From the NCBI GenBank assembly GCA_040285825.1, contig JAUPSS010000005.1:1798001-1862000 (forward strand): a DNA stretch of 64,000 nt. The letters run 5' to 3'. Both the position numbers and the translations under genes were made by a program. The notes under the pieces are model-generated. The model searched no databases. It was not told where the DNA came from and was given only the letters and a program-made list of their open reading frames with translations. Shown here one piece after another: positions 12,103 through 24,825 of the stretch. The DNA is from Eukaryota sp. TZLM1-RC (Eukaryota; Protista; Metamonada: BaSk clade). Within the stretch, counting starts at the first letter, position 1. Each line of letters begins with the position of its first letter.

Positions 12103-14252
12103 CTAGCTGCTACACAGATACTGAGGCTTTTCATTACCACTCATTCCAACTTCAACAATTGCAAACATATTCAGACAAGCCAGCTCATCTCTATTGAAAA
12201 ACTTTGTTGAGCCTTTGTTACTGAGTTTGCAACTCTCACTGTTACAAGCTAATAAACCATGACGTGTAGTTACAGGAGTCTTTTCTCTCTTATAGAATCT
12301 GGGATTTGTTACTTTTAAAAGCGCAGCCACCTCTTCAAAACAAACAGGACATTTTCCTGAAGTGAAAATTTCATTAATCATCAATACTTCAAATCCATTC
12401 CTTTTCAGAGATTGAATCCATCCAATGCCTCGTGCAGGCCTATGATGTTTTAAATTCTTGGAACCGTTTTTAGCATAATCATTTCATTAGAATTAAAATG
12501 TCTTTTGGATTGCCAAATTTTTGAACAAGGTTTTTTAACAAACAATTTTCAGTCTTTTGCTTTTGAATATAAGCTTGTATTTTATGAATGCTCCACAAGT
12601 CAAGACTGTAAAATTTTATTGTCAACTAAAATTGTCGAAGTTATGTAACCTCAAAGTTTGAGAACTCTATAAAAGTTGCTGGATTTGCATCAAAGGTGGA
12701 TTTTTCGGTGTTTGCATCTTCGATTGTCTGGTTTCTGTCTTCCTCTGCCACAGTATTTTGGGTCCCATTTTCTTTGTTTTTCTTTAATTCTACTTTTAAA
12801 AGACCAAGACATTTGAGTCATTTTCAGCCATTTGAATTTCTTGGCTTGACTCATAACCCGACTGTTTCTTTGCTGTTCAGTTTCATGTTCAGGCACCATG
12901 GCTAATTCTTGATCCGTTTTTACTCCCAAAATACAATAAATCACATTTTCCAGGATCACAAACAACAATTCGTTTGCATTGAAAAGTTTCAACATCAACA
13001 TCATCAATAAATAAATCAAAAATACTAGCCTTGTTGTCTGGCTTACATTTCTGGCATTGCAAATCTCGATGAACAAATTCTGCAATATTAAATCTATTTG
13101 TGGAGATAATGTTGTCGAGTTTATAGCTCTTCTGTTTGAACATTGGTTGGTTTAAGTCGAGAATATTAGACCACAAGTCGAATTGTTCGGTTTGTTTGAA
13201 TTTCCTAATTTGGGCTAGTGTATTGGACATTTTCAGCGTATATGTAGGTGATAAATGATCAATTAATGTTTGTTCAATAATTCTTTTATATTGTTCTTGT
13301 ATCAATTGAAAAATAGAACCTACAGTAGTTGAAACAGGAGAAATATGATGAAATTTTCTCTCTCTACTGGAAATATATTTGGCATATGTAATTGCTGGTT
13401 TTAGAAATATTTGATGATCTTTTTCTACAGCGTCTGGATGAAAATGTATATCCAATGGAAATATGTTATCAACTAACTTCTCGTCAGCGACCAAATTCTC
13501 AATTTGACAAGTAAATGGTTCAATAAGATTTTCAATATGTCTTTACGTTCATTACCTCTTATATTATGTTGTTCACATAAATCGAAAAATTTATCATTCA
13601 GAAGGTCTAAAATATTTTCTGGATGGTGAAACGAAGAACTCAAGCAATCTTTATCATCAACTAAAAACAAGTTTTGGAATTGACGAAGCCTAAATCTATA
13701 TAGTAAAATAATTGAGGATAATGGCGTTGAATATCCACCCAACTTGTGCATTTCTGCTAACACATTTTCCACACCTGGCTTGTCAAAATAAACAATGATA
13801 AATCGATTAATATGTTTTTCATAATTTAATTTCAAAATATTCTAAAAATTGGCAAACAATACTGGGGCCATATACTCAGATGGTCTACTGAAACCATCAG
13901 TTGGAAATCGTGGATACTGTTCAGGCGTGTGTCTTAAGTGATCAAGATAACTCAATGTTTTGTTTAACTTTTGTTGCTCAAAAGTAGTTCTTAAAGTTTA
14001 AACTCCTCTACCATAAACAAAGATTTCAAAATCTTGTGGAAATGCACTTCTTGGTTTTACCATTTTTTGCCCATGATAATCAGCTGAAATACAACGAATT
14101 CTGGCCATCAAAGATTCATATAGTTTGGCAGATATTTGTGGTTGTATTAAATAACGTTCAAATCGGGACTGTAAATACATCTTCAAGCAACATGTAGTAT
14201 GAATTCGTAATGGTTGATATTTTGAAGCAGTTTCTTTCAATATGGATATCAC
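12103..14252 (-). pseudogene. Near full-length frameshifted Fanzor (Fanzor1-like RNA-guided nuclease)
   Basis: RuvC-I IVVCDPGKCDLL, RuvC-II MINEIFTSGKCPVC, RHGLLACNSESC, RuvC-III FFNRDELACLNM and terminal KPQYLCS. The N-terminal limit is uncertain and may extend to ~14807. Confidence 0.85.
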
Positions 14253-14949
14253 ATTTGAATGTTAAACCATTGAGTTGACGGTGGCACGAATGGTTTTATA
14301 AGATGGCAAAATGAATTTATCTTTTTGAAACAATACAAAAAGTTTGAGACATAATACACAATCATGGAGCCCGTATTGAATCAAATTTTGTCTAAGTGAA
14401 TCAGTTGCTAAACAATCAACAAATAAAATATTGATAAATTCTTGATGAAGTTTGAATTGCTTTTCACTAATCGTTTTATATGCCAGATTGCCTAAACTAT
14501 AACCATATTGTACTTTTATGAATTTTTTGGCAAATACCAGTATGTCTAAAAGAAAACAGCCATTGTTCCTGATGACAACTTCCCTCCATCTTGAAGAAAA
14601 GTGATTGAGTACATCAATTGCTGTATCATCTGGAACCGTGGGAAATGATAAACCAAAATAATTTAATCTATTTTTCAAAATCTGTGAATCAAACTGCATT
14701 AACTTGTGATTGAGACAACAATGAGGTTGATGATTACCAATAATGTTTAAAAACCTAGGAAGCAAGATTTTTTCGTAAGAAAATTTCTCCCTGAATATCC
14801 ATATCAATGTCTGGTAATCTGCTGACTTGAGGACTCATTCTCAAAATAAGTGAATATTTACTCTTTGAAAAGAAATTATGGCAGTCAAATCGTCCAAAAA
14901 CAATGAAAATTAAAAAGATTTTTTTGATCTGAATTTTTTTGAAATATTT

Positions 14950-17900
14950 TTTTATTTAACAAAAAATATGAGATACACAATTAAAACTCCACATCCTCAA
15001 AACCTGCCTCCCCTACATCAAAAAAATTAATTGCTAAAGATTCAGAAAATTTCCCAAAAGAAGATAGTGAATCAGAAATTAGTTTTACCATTCCCTTAAA
15101 AATAGAAAATACAATCCTGTTTTGCCAATAAACACGATTGAAAATTCTTCTAGTTCTTTCCTTTACAACTATAACAAAATTCTCAAGGAAAGCAATAGCA
15201 GCCTTACCTAGAGATCCAAGCAATGAAACAACAAAGGGACATAAATTATATTGGGCATGAGAATTTTCATTAACCGAGGAAATGGGTTACGTATATTTAG
15301 CAATTTTATATTTTTCGCCTGCAAGAAGAGGATTATTTACATCGGAGTTAATGAGATGTTCGTTAGAGGAATTACAAGGATCAATAGACATGGCGTCCAA
15401 AATAGTAAAACTACCATTTAAACCAGGAACAACTAGATCACCTCTTGTCAGACCCATGGATGCTCTGTTGTAATGCGTACTATCAATATTGGGATCATCA
15501 AGAATTAATTTTGATAACAACGGCTCTAAAAAGGAATCTACTCGATATGATTTGCACATTACATAAATTTGGTCCCTGACGTTATTATACACTTTGCTTC
15601 TAAACGTAATGAAATGTTTACAGTTCAAAAGATGAGTAAACAAAAGAGGTTTACCACATTTACAAGTTAAATGATTGGGCAAATTGTTTGGCCACAGAAA
15701 ACAACGAAAACGCATGTTTAGAAGCCATTCATTGTTTTTTAAACAAAAGTCCATAAACAGAGGGAACTTGAGTTACTAAAGCAGCAGCTGAACTATCACG
15801 AATATCCTTTAAAAAATTACCGAAAGCGGGATTTTTAGTTTTGGCCAAGCCAAGTCTTACTTCGTAATGCAAGCCTTCATATAATTTAACCAGATGGTGC
15901 TGAAGCTTTTTCAAGCAAAAACGTAAATTTGGAAGTGATCGGGTGGGAATTTCTTGAACATTTTGAGGAAAACACTGAATCCAGATATCACTAGGCAAAT
16001 TATCTTATTCGATTTGAAGTTGATTCAAATAAAAATTTGATTCACCATGGATCAGATGAACATCATAAGGAAACCTTGGAAAAAATTCAAAAACAAAATA
16101 TTTTCCACCTCCTAAAAAAGCTGCTTTACATAAAATCGAAGATTTCGTGAAACCAATTCCACCTAAATCAGTAGAACAAAAAACATGACTTCGAATTAAA
16201 GATTCATTTACCTCCAATAATGAGGAAAAAAATTTGACCCGAAGTTTGTTGAAGGATCTACAAAAATCAAGAGACACTGAAGGAGGAGTTGACCTTAAAA
16301 TATGAGTGAATTTTCCAGAATAACAAATTTTTAAAATGAAAAATTTGATGTGTTTTTCAATATCAAATTCAGCAATAAAACTAAGATCCTTGTCAAAATT
16401 TTCCAATAAATTGTTCAATTGGGAATAAATTTCATCCAAATTACCTAACCAACATCCAAGAAACTTGAACGCTTGTTGTTCATAATTAATGAAAGGAATT
16501 TGAACATCATCAATCAATAGAGATTGTTTTGTTCTTCCAATCAAGAGGCATTTTGTGGGATTCAAGGCTAATCCAATGTCTTTGTATTTCGCAGCAATGC
16601 CTTCAGAAACCCTACAAATGCTTTCATAAGAACCAATAATCGAAATGTCATCCATATAAGCAACAATACGTAACTCAGGGAATTCTTTCTGGGTCAATTC
16701 AATAGTATCATGAATAGCCAAACAAACAAGCAATGGACCAAGAGGATCACCTTGTTTGACACCAGAAAAGATTCAAGGGTAAAGGTGTCAAAGATTAAGT
16801 CCGACTTTTTTCCATATAATAAGTAAAAATAGGCTGAAAGTTCTGGAAATTTTTGAAGAAGGACATCGTAAATGCAATTACGTTTTACTGAATCAAAGGC
16901 ATTTTTAAAGTCCAAATTGAAAATATATTGATGTTGCTGACTATTGAAAAAACATCTGAAGTCATTGAGGCAACCGATGCACCTTCAATAGTTTTAATGC
17001 CAAATTGAAAAGGTTTCAAATAGTCCCTTGCCTTAGTAGAAATTCTATTGAAAATAATAGAAGAACGCAACCTGGTTAAAGACTCTCCAATAGCAATTGG
17101 TCTAACTCCATCGGGTTTGTTACTTTATCCTGGTTTAACTAAAGCAACTAACCGGGCAGCAGTCAATTCAGGCGGAGGAACATAATTCAAAGACATTAAA
17201 CTTTGAAAATAAATGGCAAGATCCTCAAAAATTTCTGGAGTATTTTTACAAGCAGTTTTTAACAAATCAAAAGAAATGCCTGAGGAACCAGCAGCTTTTC
17301 CTTTTGGCAATTTAGCAATAGCATTGAATACTTCTTGAGCCTGAAAAGGATTTTCGAGCCAATATTCACAAATTGGCGGCTTAAGTGGGCAAAAATTTTC
17401 AGTTGGATGAAGCGCTTTCAGTTTTTCAACAGTTTCATAATTATTATCAGCCAACTTACCTGAAAAATATTTTTTAAACCACTTCCATATCTACCTCTCA
17501 AGAACAATTTTCTTGATTGAAACGATGAACTGGTTTTACTTTTTTTCGGTTTGTAATTAATTGATTTTTTATTCTTTTTGGCAAAGAATTTCCAAAATCG
17601 TGTTATGTTCCATTTGTTTGAATTTAATTGAAAAAAACGCATTTCCATTGACACAGGAACAGATCTGACAGGACTCACCTCTACAAGAATTTTAACAGGT
17701 CCACGAAGAGAATCACTTGTTTGACAGTCAAAACAAAACAAGAGAGGGCGACCATTGGAAGAATTAGAGAGGAACTTTTTGCAAAAAGGACAATTATGTT
17801 TCAAGACAATATCCGTAGGATCAGGAGCAACAGTTTTTGGTAAATGTGTTTGATCAATATTTAAATCATAATTAACATCATCAGCAGAAACATTGGGAAC

Positions 17901-18323
17901 AAGAGGAAGATTTAGTGCGGATGACGTTTGCAAACAATTAACAATAGAAATATTTGTTTTCAGTCTCACTTTTTCGGTAATAATATCAGGACATTTTCTA
18001 ATGTTGTGACCAACCTTGCCACATTTGGAACAGGTATGTCTTCTTTTTTGCACTTTTTCAGGTGTAACATCAGGGGCATCACACAAAGGCAAAAACTCTT
18101 TTTTAAAAAATTTCAAATCTGAAATTTACTCATTCTTTTGCTCATCAGTTTTTCTTTTCAAAGGATTTGCATACTCTTTTCTCTTTTTGTTGAAAATCTT
18201 GTCAGGAGGGAGAAATTGGCCATCATGAGTTTGGTAAAAATGACCACACTGATAGGTTCCAAGATCAAAGCACATAACAGTGAAAAGACTTTGACTTGGG
18301 GTCATTGATTTGAATTGAATCAA
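14950..18323 (-). mobile_element. Decayed near full-length CRE-like RLE non-LTR retrotransposon (no RNase H seen)
   Basis: In order: CSKCGKVGHNIRKC knuckle, KGKAAGSSG, ARLVALVKP, FQFGI, DFKNAFDSV, AYMDD, LGGIGF, CKCGKPLLFTHLLNC, RGDLVVPG..ILD, KIAKY. AATAAA/A-rich tail at ~14950. Multiple frameshifts and stops. Confidence 0.9.
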
Positions 18324-19941
18324 AGAATGAAGCCACTAAAACTTGGCTCAACTTTTTTGACCATACTCGGTTTCAATTGTGTCTTTGCCAAAATTTTCCT
18401 GTTCTCGATATTCAACATTGTACTTTCAATACCAATTTCTCGGTTCAGTGTTTTTTGTTTTTTTACGCTGAAGCTTTGAAGTTTGTTGGTCAAAAATCGC
18501 TTTTCTACTTATTGTTAATGGAAGAGTTGATTTACAATTCGATCTTCTCTTTTTGCGACCAGAATTTGCTTAAACATCTTCATCCATTGTTAAATCAACA
18601 GAAAGTAATTTTGTTGATAGAAGATGTTGGAAGCTACTGGATACAAAACATAAATTATCAACATAATCATCAAACTCAACATTATCAAAATAACAATTTA
18701 AGACACAACATCCCAGAATTACAATACAAGTACCTAAACCACAACCAACAACAAACTCAAAAACATCAAAATAACAATTCAAAACAAAAAGCATACAACA
18801 ACAACAACACATATTTAAGGTAATTATGACCATGGCTGATTCAACAGCACCCATAGCATGACTCACATGAGGTCTCAAAAAAGTCATGTATTCTACCCCC
18901 ATGGAAGGATCAGAACGACGATTCCAATAGGAAATCGAGGCTTTGACATTCCGTTTATTTTTGTAAAGCAGGATGACTGTTCTCGACTGAGGAGTTCTGG
19001 ATGAAGTATTCTGCTGTTCTGCGAAGATCAGGTTGAAGGAGGAAATGGGAACTGAGTCCGTTACCTCGTTATCCTTTTTCTTCTTTTGCTGCATGATGTT
19101 AGAAGAATGTGAAATGTTAGAAGAATCTCGCTGAGAGATGTCTGACATGCTGATTGCATTTTCAAAATGATTGCTAATTTCCACAATGGTATCTAATTCG
19201 TATCTCTATCAGTGGTCATCAGCATCATCTTGATTTACCTTCTAGCTGTTTTGGTCAACTCTTTGTTTTTAGCCAGCTTCCTTCTTCTTCCTTTAGCTAT
19301 TGTTCTTTTCCCATTGAATGGACATCATTTCAACCGATTTATTACTCCCCAGATAATGTTGATACGTGATATAACATGACATGTTGTTGTGGTTTAGGGC
19401 CTTGACAAGATAATAGACCTTCCACCACAAGACTCACAGCTTTGATGTACTTTTGTATTGTCATTTTTTTAAATCAAATCACATTGATGTATTTAAGTTT
19501 CTCAGTTTTTTCTCTTTGTGTCACTTATTTCTTTTGATCAGTGGTTTCCGCTGTAGCTGACACGTTATGATGTCAACCTTTATCACATTCTACCACATTG
19601 AGAAATTTACCCTTCTTCTGCTAAACTTGATAATTATAAATAACTCACTTTTACATTTTGTTCACAATAGAGTCTTTCTCATCTGAATCAATTCGTTTTA
19701 TAAGTGTTGTATTTGTGTATATGTTTAGGGAACTCAAGATTTGCAACGTTCTGGTGAAATGAAATAAAAATTTATGGAATATCCGGAATGTAATCTAAGG
19801 ATCAGTCACCAGAGAAAAATAATTTACGGAATTCAAAAAATTTGTTGAAGGTCAATAAAAAACCATCAAGACAAACAAAAATCACATGAAACTGATTCGT
19901 AACTTTTTGGAATACAAAACGTATTGTTCAAAAAAATGTTT

Positions 19942-20038
19942 TGATGCCGTAGGTTGGACAAGTGGGGTTTAGATAATGATAATGAGGAAAAGTTGATTTA
20001 TTTTCTAATCATAACATATAAGCCTTAGGGCGCCAACA
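19942..20038 (-). repeat. 3' LTR (97 bp)
   Basis: Direct repeat of 21558-21654 with a few substitutions. Confidence 0.8.
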
Positions 20039-20056
20039 CTGCTTCTTTCCTTTTTC
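20039..20056 (-). promoter_or_regulatory. Polypurine tract
   Basis: Minus strand GAAAAAGGAAAGAAGCAG lies immediately before the TGTTGG start of the 3' LTR. Confidence 0.7.
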
Positions 20057-21557
20057 AAAATAAATCAGCTTACATGAATACGAAACAAAACTATAACAAA
20101 TAACTAAATAATTATAAATACTAAGAACTTAATACTGAATTCCACTGTTTTCTATTGTCTACAATTATCTTTGTAGTGATTGGGATTCGCACAAACACTA
20201 ATTTTACATTTTTAAGATCGACAATGGATGTACTATGACTCTCCTACAATAAGTAAAAAGGGCCTAGTTTCAAAGTCTGTGTGGTTGAGTACTTTGTTGT
20301 GTATGTTTTAATCGCTACATAAAGACACTTTGCTTCTTCCCTTTTTCGTAAACGAGAAACGTGGTAGTGTCGTTTAGAAAAGGTATCATGGAATCGAAGA
20401 ATGGATTCGTTAATGATCATGCAGGGTCAATGTTGGATCAAAAACAACAGTAAGCAAAGTAACAAACCTCAGAAACCCGAAGGCGGCGTCTTTTGTTGTT
20501 AAAATACTGGCTTTAGGACTAAAAATATCAGAGGAGCAAGGACCGTATCTTTGCATTGTAGTACAATAACAGTGGAGGTGGAGTTTCTACTCGTAACCTC
20601 GTATTTGGTCGACTTTTCTCGTTTCTGGTTCCATAAGGAAGGGAGCTGCTCGAATGGATCAGAGTCCATTGATTCGAGGTAAGCCTCCGCGTCCTTGTTA
20701 AAAGTTTGTAGAATCCATCACTGGAGCCATCTTCCCCTTCTGTGGTATGTACTCTCCTGAAGGGTGATTATGTAAAATGGGATTTCCATCCGTTTCTTTA
20801 CTAGATGCTACATTAGGGAGGAGAGAGGGAACTGGGCTGTTCTCGTGGCCTCCTCTGACTCTTCTAGGTTTTACTTCCTTTGTGAGGGGAGAGGGAACCG
20901 GGTCCGTCCTCTTAAACTCTGTTAGGGTCTCTCTTATAGCCCAAAGTTTGAAATCCAACGTTTCTTCCTATCTTTGGAATTTGCTTCCATAAAGGAGGGA
21001 CCTGCTCAAACAAACAGTAATCTGTAGGTTCGAGGTGAGCCTCCGCGTCCTTCATTATTTGTTGGCGAAGTTTTTTCTCTTCGTCATCCAATTTGTCTAA
21101 GACGGATTGAAGTTCTTCGTATCCTTTTAGGAAAGACGAAGTTTCTGAACTTGACCCAACATTTGTGTTTTTTGGTGAGGAGGGGGGTGGTCCCGTTCCT
21201 GAAACCTTTTGCGGCTTGTTGTACTTGGAAGAGGCGGGAGGTGGTTCCGAGCCTGGTACCTTTATATCGGACTTGGAAGAAACGGGAGGTGGTTCCGTAC
21301 CTGATTCCATGGGCTTTCTTTGAGAAGGAGCGGAGGGTGGTCTCGAGCTTGAGTCCTCATCTATATTCGTCTTTACTACTTTTCCTGTTGATGTATGTAT
21401 GCTGAAAGCATCCCTGGCGTGTTCCTGCATGTTAATTTTAAAGAAGTCAGTGCTCTGGCTGGGAGGAACTGACATGATATCTGCTAAAGATATCCTCTGT
21501 AAAAAGGCTGTGTGTTGTCAAAGTGGTATACCTATAACCTAAATGGCCAATAATTAT

Positions 21558-21654
21558 TGATGGCGTACTTTGGAAAAGTGGGGTTAAGATAAAGATAATG
21601 AAGAAAAGTTGATTTATTTTCTAATCATAACATATAAGCCTTAGGGCGCCAACA
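21558..21654 (-). repeat. 5' LTR (97 bp)
   Basis: Direct repeat of 19942-20038. Confidence 0.8.
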
Positions 21655-22065
21655 TATTTGTTAAATTTTCACTTTGCACCATCACTTGCAGTAAAGATGG
21701 TTTTTAAGATGAATTTTTTTAAATCAAAATGATATGGCTGCGCTGTGTGGGTGGTTTTTGGCAAAAAGTGGTGAGATGTTGATGAATTTACATGTGGTTT
21801 TATTGGTCATGAATGAATGGCTGTTCACACTAATCAAACCTCTTCGTCCTAGATTTCATCATCGTCAGATGCGTCCATCAACATGGAATCGGCGAGATCT
21901 TCATTGTACTGATTGTAAACAGAATTAACAATGGCAGGATCATCAACAACGGAATAACTTGACAGATCGTTCATATAATCAGCTTTCAACAATACTAGTT
22001 CTTCACGACGGTGGTCAGATGGATTCTATTTCCACATCATTTTAAATTTCTTAAATGTTAGGCTT

Positions 22066-22317
22066 TTCAAAATAGACGATAGCTATGAGGTTTTTGGTTT
22101 CCTTGGCCGTGGTTCTCATGGTGATGTGCTATATGGTATAGAGTGCGTCACAAACAAGGAGGTTGCAATAAAGACTGTTAGGAAATCATCTAGGCATCGT
22201 TGTTTTGATACACTGAGCCGTGAAATAGCATTTCCGAGAAAGTTAGACCATCCCAATACACTTAAGCTTCATGACGTCATCACACTGAGCTCTTTTTATT
22301 TATTTTATTATGGTTAA
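22066..22317 (+). pseudogene. Ser/Thr protein kinase N-lobe fragment (CMGC/MAPK-like)
   Basis: YEVFGFLGRGSHGDV (GxGxxG), VAIK, REIAFPRKLDHPNTLKLHDVI. No HRD/DFG seen downstream. Confidence 0.7.
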
Positions 22318-23047
22318 ATCGTGTCTTTTGATTTCCAACTTGTCATTTTTCAACTACAAGCTCATATGAGTACAATCCCAGGACGGTGATCAGAATTCAC
22401 AGTATATAAAACTCATGTCCTACAGTTATGTAGTTCCGTAGTTTGAAACATGATTGTCCATACAAAGGAGTAGCTCCAGGTTCTCCTCAATATTGGATTG
22501 CAACATATTGAATGTGTATTGGTGATGACTGGTAATGTTGACAAATTTGTGTATTACTAGTGACATCTAATAACCCAATGTTGCTGCCCATGTGGTATCC
22601 AGATACATAGATTGCTGCATGAAAGGTAACACTGAGAGTTGTATAGATTAAATCACAGTCATGAAATGAACAAATACACCATAACATTATTTACACAAAC
22701 GCTATCTATCTACGATTCATTATGAATCAAAGATACCTATAGAATATCGGGTTTCACATTTGTAATTGTGAAGGTAGGCAAGTGGTTTAAATATCCATAA
22801 GCACAACCGACCAAAGAACAAAGAAATGATACGATGGAGCTAGAACTACCTAAAACCTGAGGTAAGATGGTTCAAAAACAAGCAGAATCAGATAGCCAAG
22901 AGTAGTGGTCATCAAATGTTCTAACAACATAAGACACAAAGTCGCGAAACCATATCTCTCATTCATCACGATATAATAACAGTTGGAGACACATACAATG
23001 AAGGAAAAGAAAAGTGAAAAATTCTTTTCATTTTGCGTCATGTGTGA

Positions 23048-23180
23048 GGTTTTTCAATCGAATAAGAGAAGCTTTAGCTAGACAGCAAGCAGATCAAGAT
23101 TTTGTAGAGGAAATCTTGGTTCAATGATAGTCGTCCCATTAGTTATGAGTGAATTTAATTAAGTGTGCAAATTCAATAAA
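23048..23180 (+). mobile_element. 133-bp, severely 5'-truncated copy of the non-LTR tail at 11486-11618
   Basis: Near-identical (3 substitutions) to 11486-11618 and ends at the same AATAAA. Confidence 0.8.
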
Positions 23181-23919
23181 TACATTGTTTTGCGTCATTC
23201 AAAACCATTGTTTTTGAAGATGGACTCAATATACCTGCTGTGAGCCAAGGTTGATGAACATTAAAAAGAGTTGTTGAAATCTTGTAAAATCCTCAGTCAC
23301 CCAAAAACCTTGAGCACGTGTTTCTGTATTACAAAAAAGCTGCTCATTTGGGAAACAGGGATGCAATGTATATTTTGAATCTGGCTTATGAATTAGGCCA
23401 GGGTGTTGTCCGAGATCAGCAAATGGTACAACAGACGCTATTCATGAGGTGATTATTTGTTGATGTATTGCAAATATTTTTTATTAAATGAATAAATTTG
23501 GTTGTTTTAAATTATGATGGTTTATGTCAATTCCTTCAATGTAGCAATACGACATTTTAACAACATTTCATATATTTTCCTCTAGAAAAGGTTCACTGTC
23601 ATCTAGGAGGGTTCATTACCCAACTACTGACACATGATATAATTAAAAATACCAAAAACTATCAGAAAACTGCGGTTCATTTTGGGAGTGATACTATTTA
23701 TGGAATTTTGTGATCTTCCCTTTCCCTTACTTGGGTAATCTCATTTTGCTCAACTTAAAAGGACAAGTTTTGGCAACACTTCTTCCTTGTGAGGTTCCAA
23801 TGTCACTAAACCTACTCAGACATTTCTAACCTTGGGATTAAGTTTAGCACAACAAAATCACTTCCATTAATTTTCCCAAATTATTCGAACATAGAAAATA
23901 AATCCTATTATACAATAAT

Positions 23920-24440
23920 TTATTTTTTCTTGACTTCCAAATCATGAACCAGTAACAACTCCATATCGTCGATTCTCGCCAAAGGATTGGTGGTGGTGTT
24001 GATCTCAGAATTACGCCTTTCCAACTGAACAACAAAAACACCAGAAATAAACAGAAACGAACCAAACACTTGAAGAAACTTGAATAAAAATGAAACATCC
24101 TCCCATTCGTTTCGCACAGTGATTCCAGCCAAAAGACCAAAGAAGGGTAACATGTAACCGACAAGAGTTTGGCGCACTGCTCCAATAGTTTTCAAAAGAT
24201 AAAAATAGAGACCATAAGCGCAACAACTAGCAAAGAGTGCAACATAGAAAACAGAAATGATTGCTGGTTGAGATGCATTTCGTATCTGGTCTAAAAACTA
24301 AGGCAGGGTAACCAAAAAAGCAAACGATCCCAGCTTCATAAATTGAGGCAAAGACACATACTTGAATGTAACTTGAAGAGAGCTGCAAAGTAACTGCTAA
24401 GGCTCCAGGTACCTTTTGAAGGTACTTCTGCCCAAAAACT
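23920..24440 (-). CDS. EamA/DMT-family transporter, C-terminal part (gene or fragment)
   Basis: 24297->23920 reads FLDQIRNASQPAIISVFYVALFASCCAYGLYFYLLKTIGAVRQTLVGYMLPFFGLLAGITVRNEW...LQVFGSFLFISGVFVV. Possible GTATGT..TAG intron 24361->24298. The 5' part is unresolved. Confidence 0.6.
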
Positions 24441-24825
24441 GAAGCAAAACCATAACTTGCACAAGCTAGTGGTACAAGGAAGTCAGGAAGTCAGGAAGCC
24501 AAACCACATCCCTTTCATCAGTTATCAATGCATGTTTTGAAATGTAAACTCAATTGGAATGTATGCACAGTAACCAAAATAAAGTGGGAAAACTAGCAGG
24601 TAAACTGTCGAAAACAAGTGAAGTTACTCAATTACTATGGGATTCAGCTTTACTGATTTCAAATTGGGAGTTTGAGGTTCTTTCTCCGAAAAAAATCAAC
24701 AATTTTTCTGAAAGCACCATAAAATCACAAAACAAAGTGTTTAAAAAGTCGTAAAAGTTTCTCGAAAAAATTTTGAGGACGAAAAACTCAACTATCCCGA
24801 AGAAGCGTTATATGTTTTTGATAGT

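Larger units (their letters stand above)
19942..21654 (-). mobile_element. Small non-autonomous LTR retroelement (TRIM/TR-GAG-like), 1713 bp
   Basis: 97-bp direct repeats at 19942-20038 and 21558-21654 read TG...CA on the minus strand. A polypurine tract abuts the 3' LTR. Flanks TGTTT/TATTT form a 5-bp TSD with one mismatch. Internal Pro/Ser-rich ORFs 20912-21475 and 20698-20958; no pol. Confidence 0.75.

Noticed and set aside
18377-19184. Overlapping 148-aa and 204-aa ORFs
   Set aside because: Driven by CAA/ACA low-complexity sequence; no recognisable domain.
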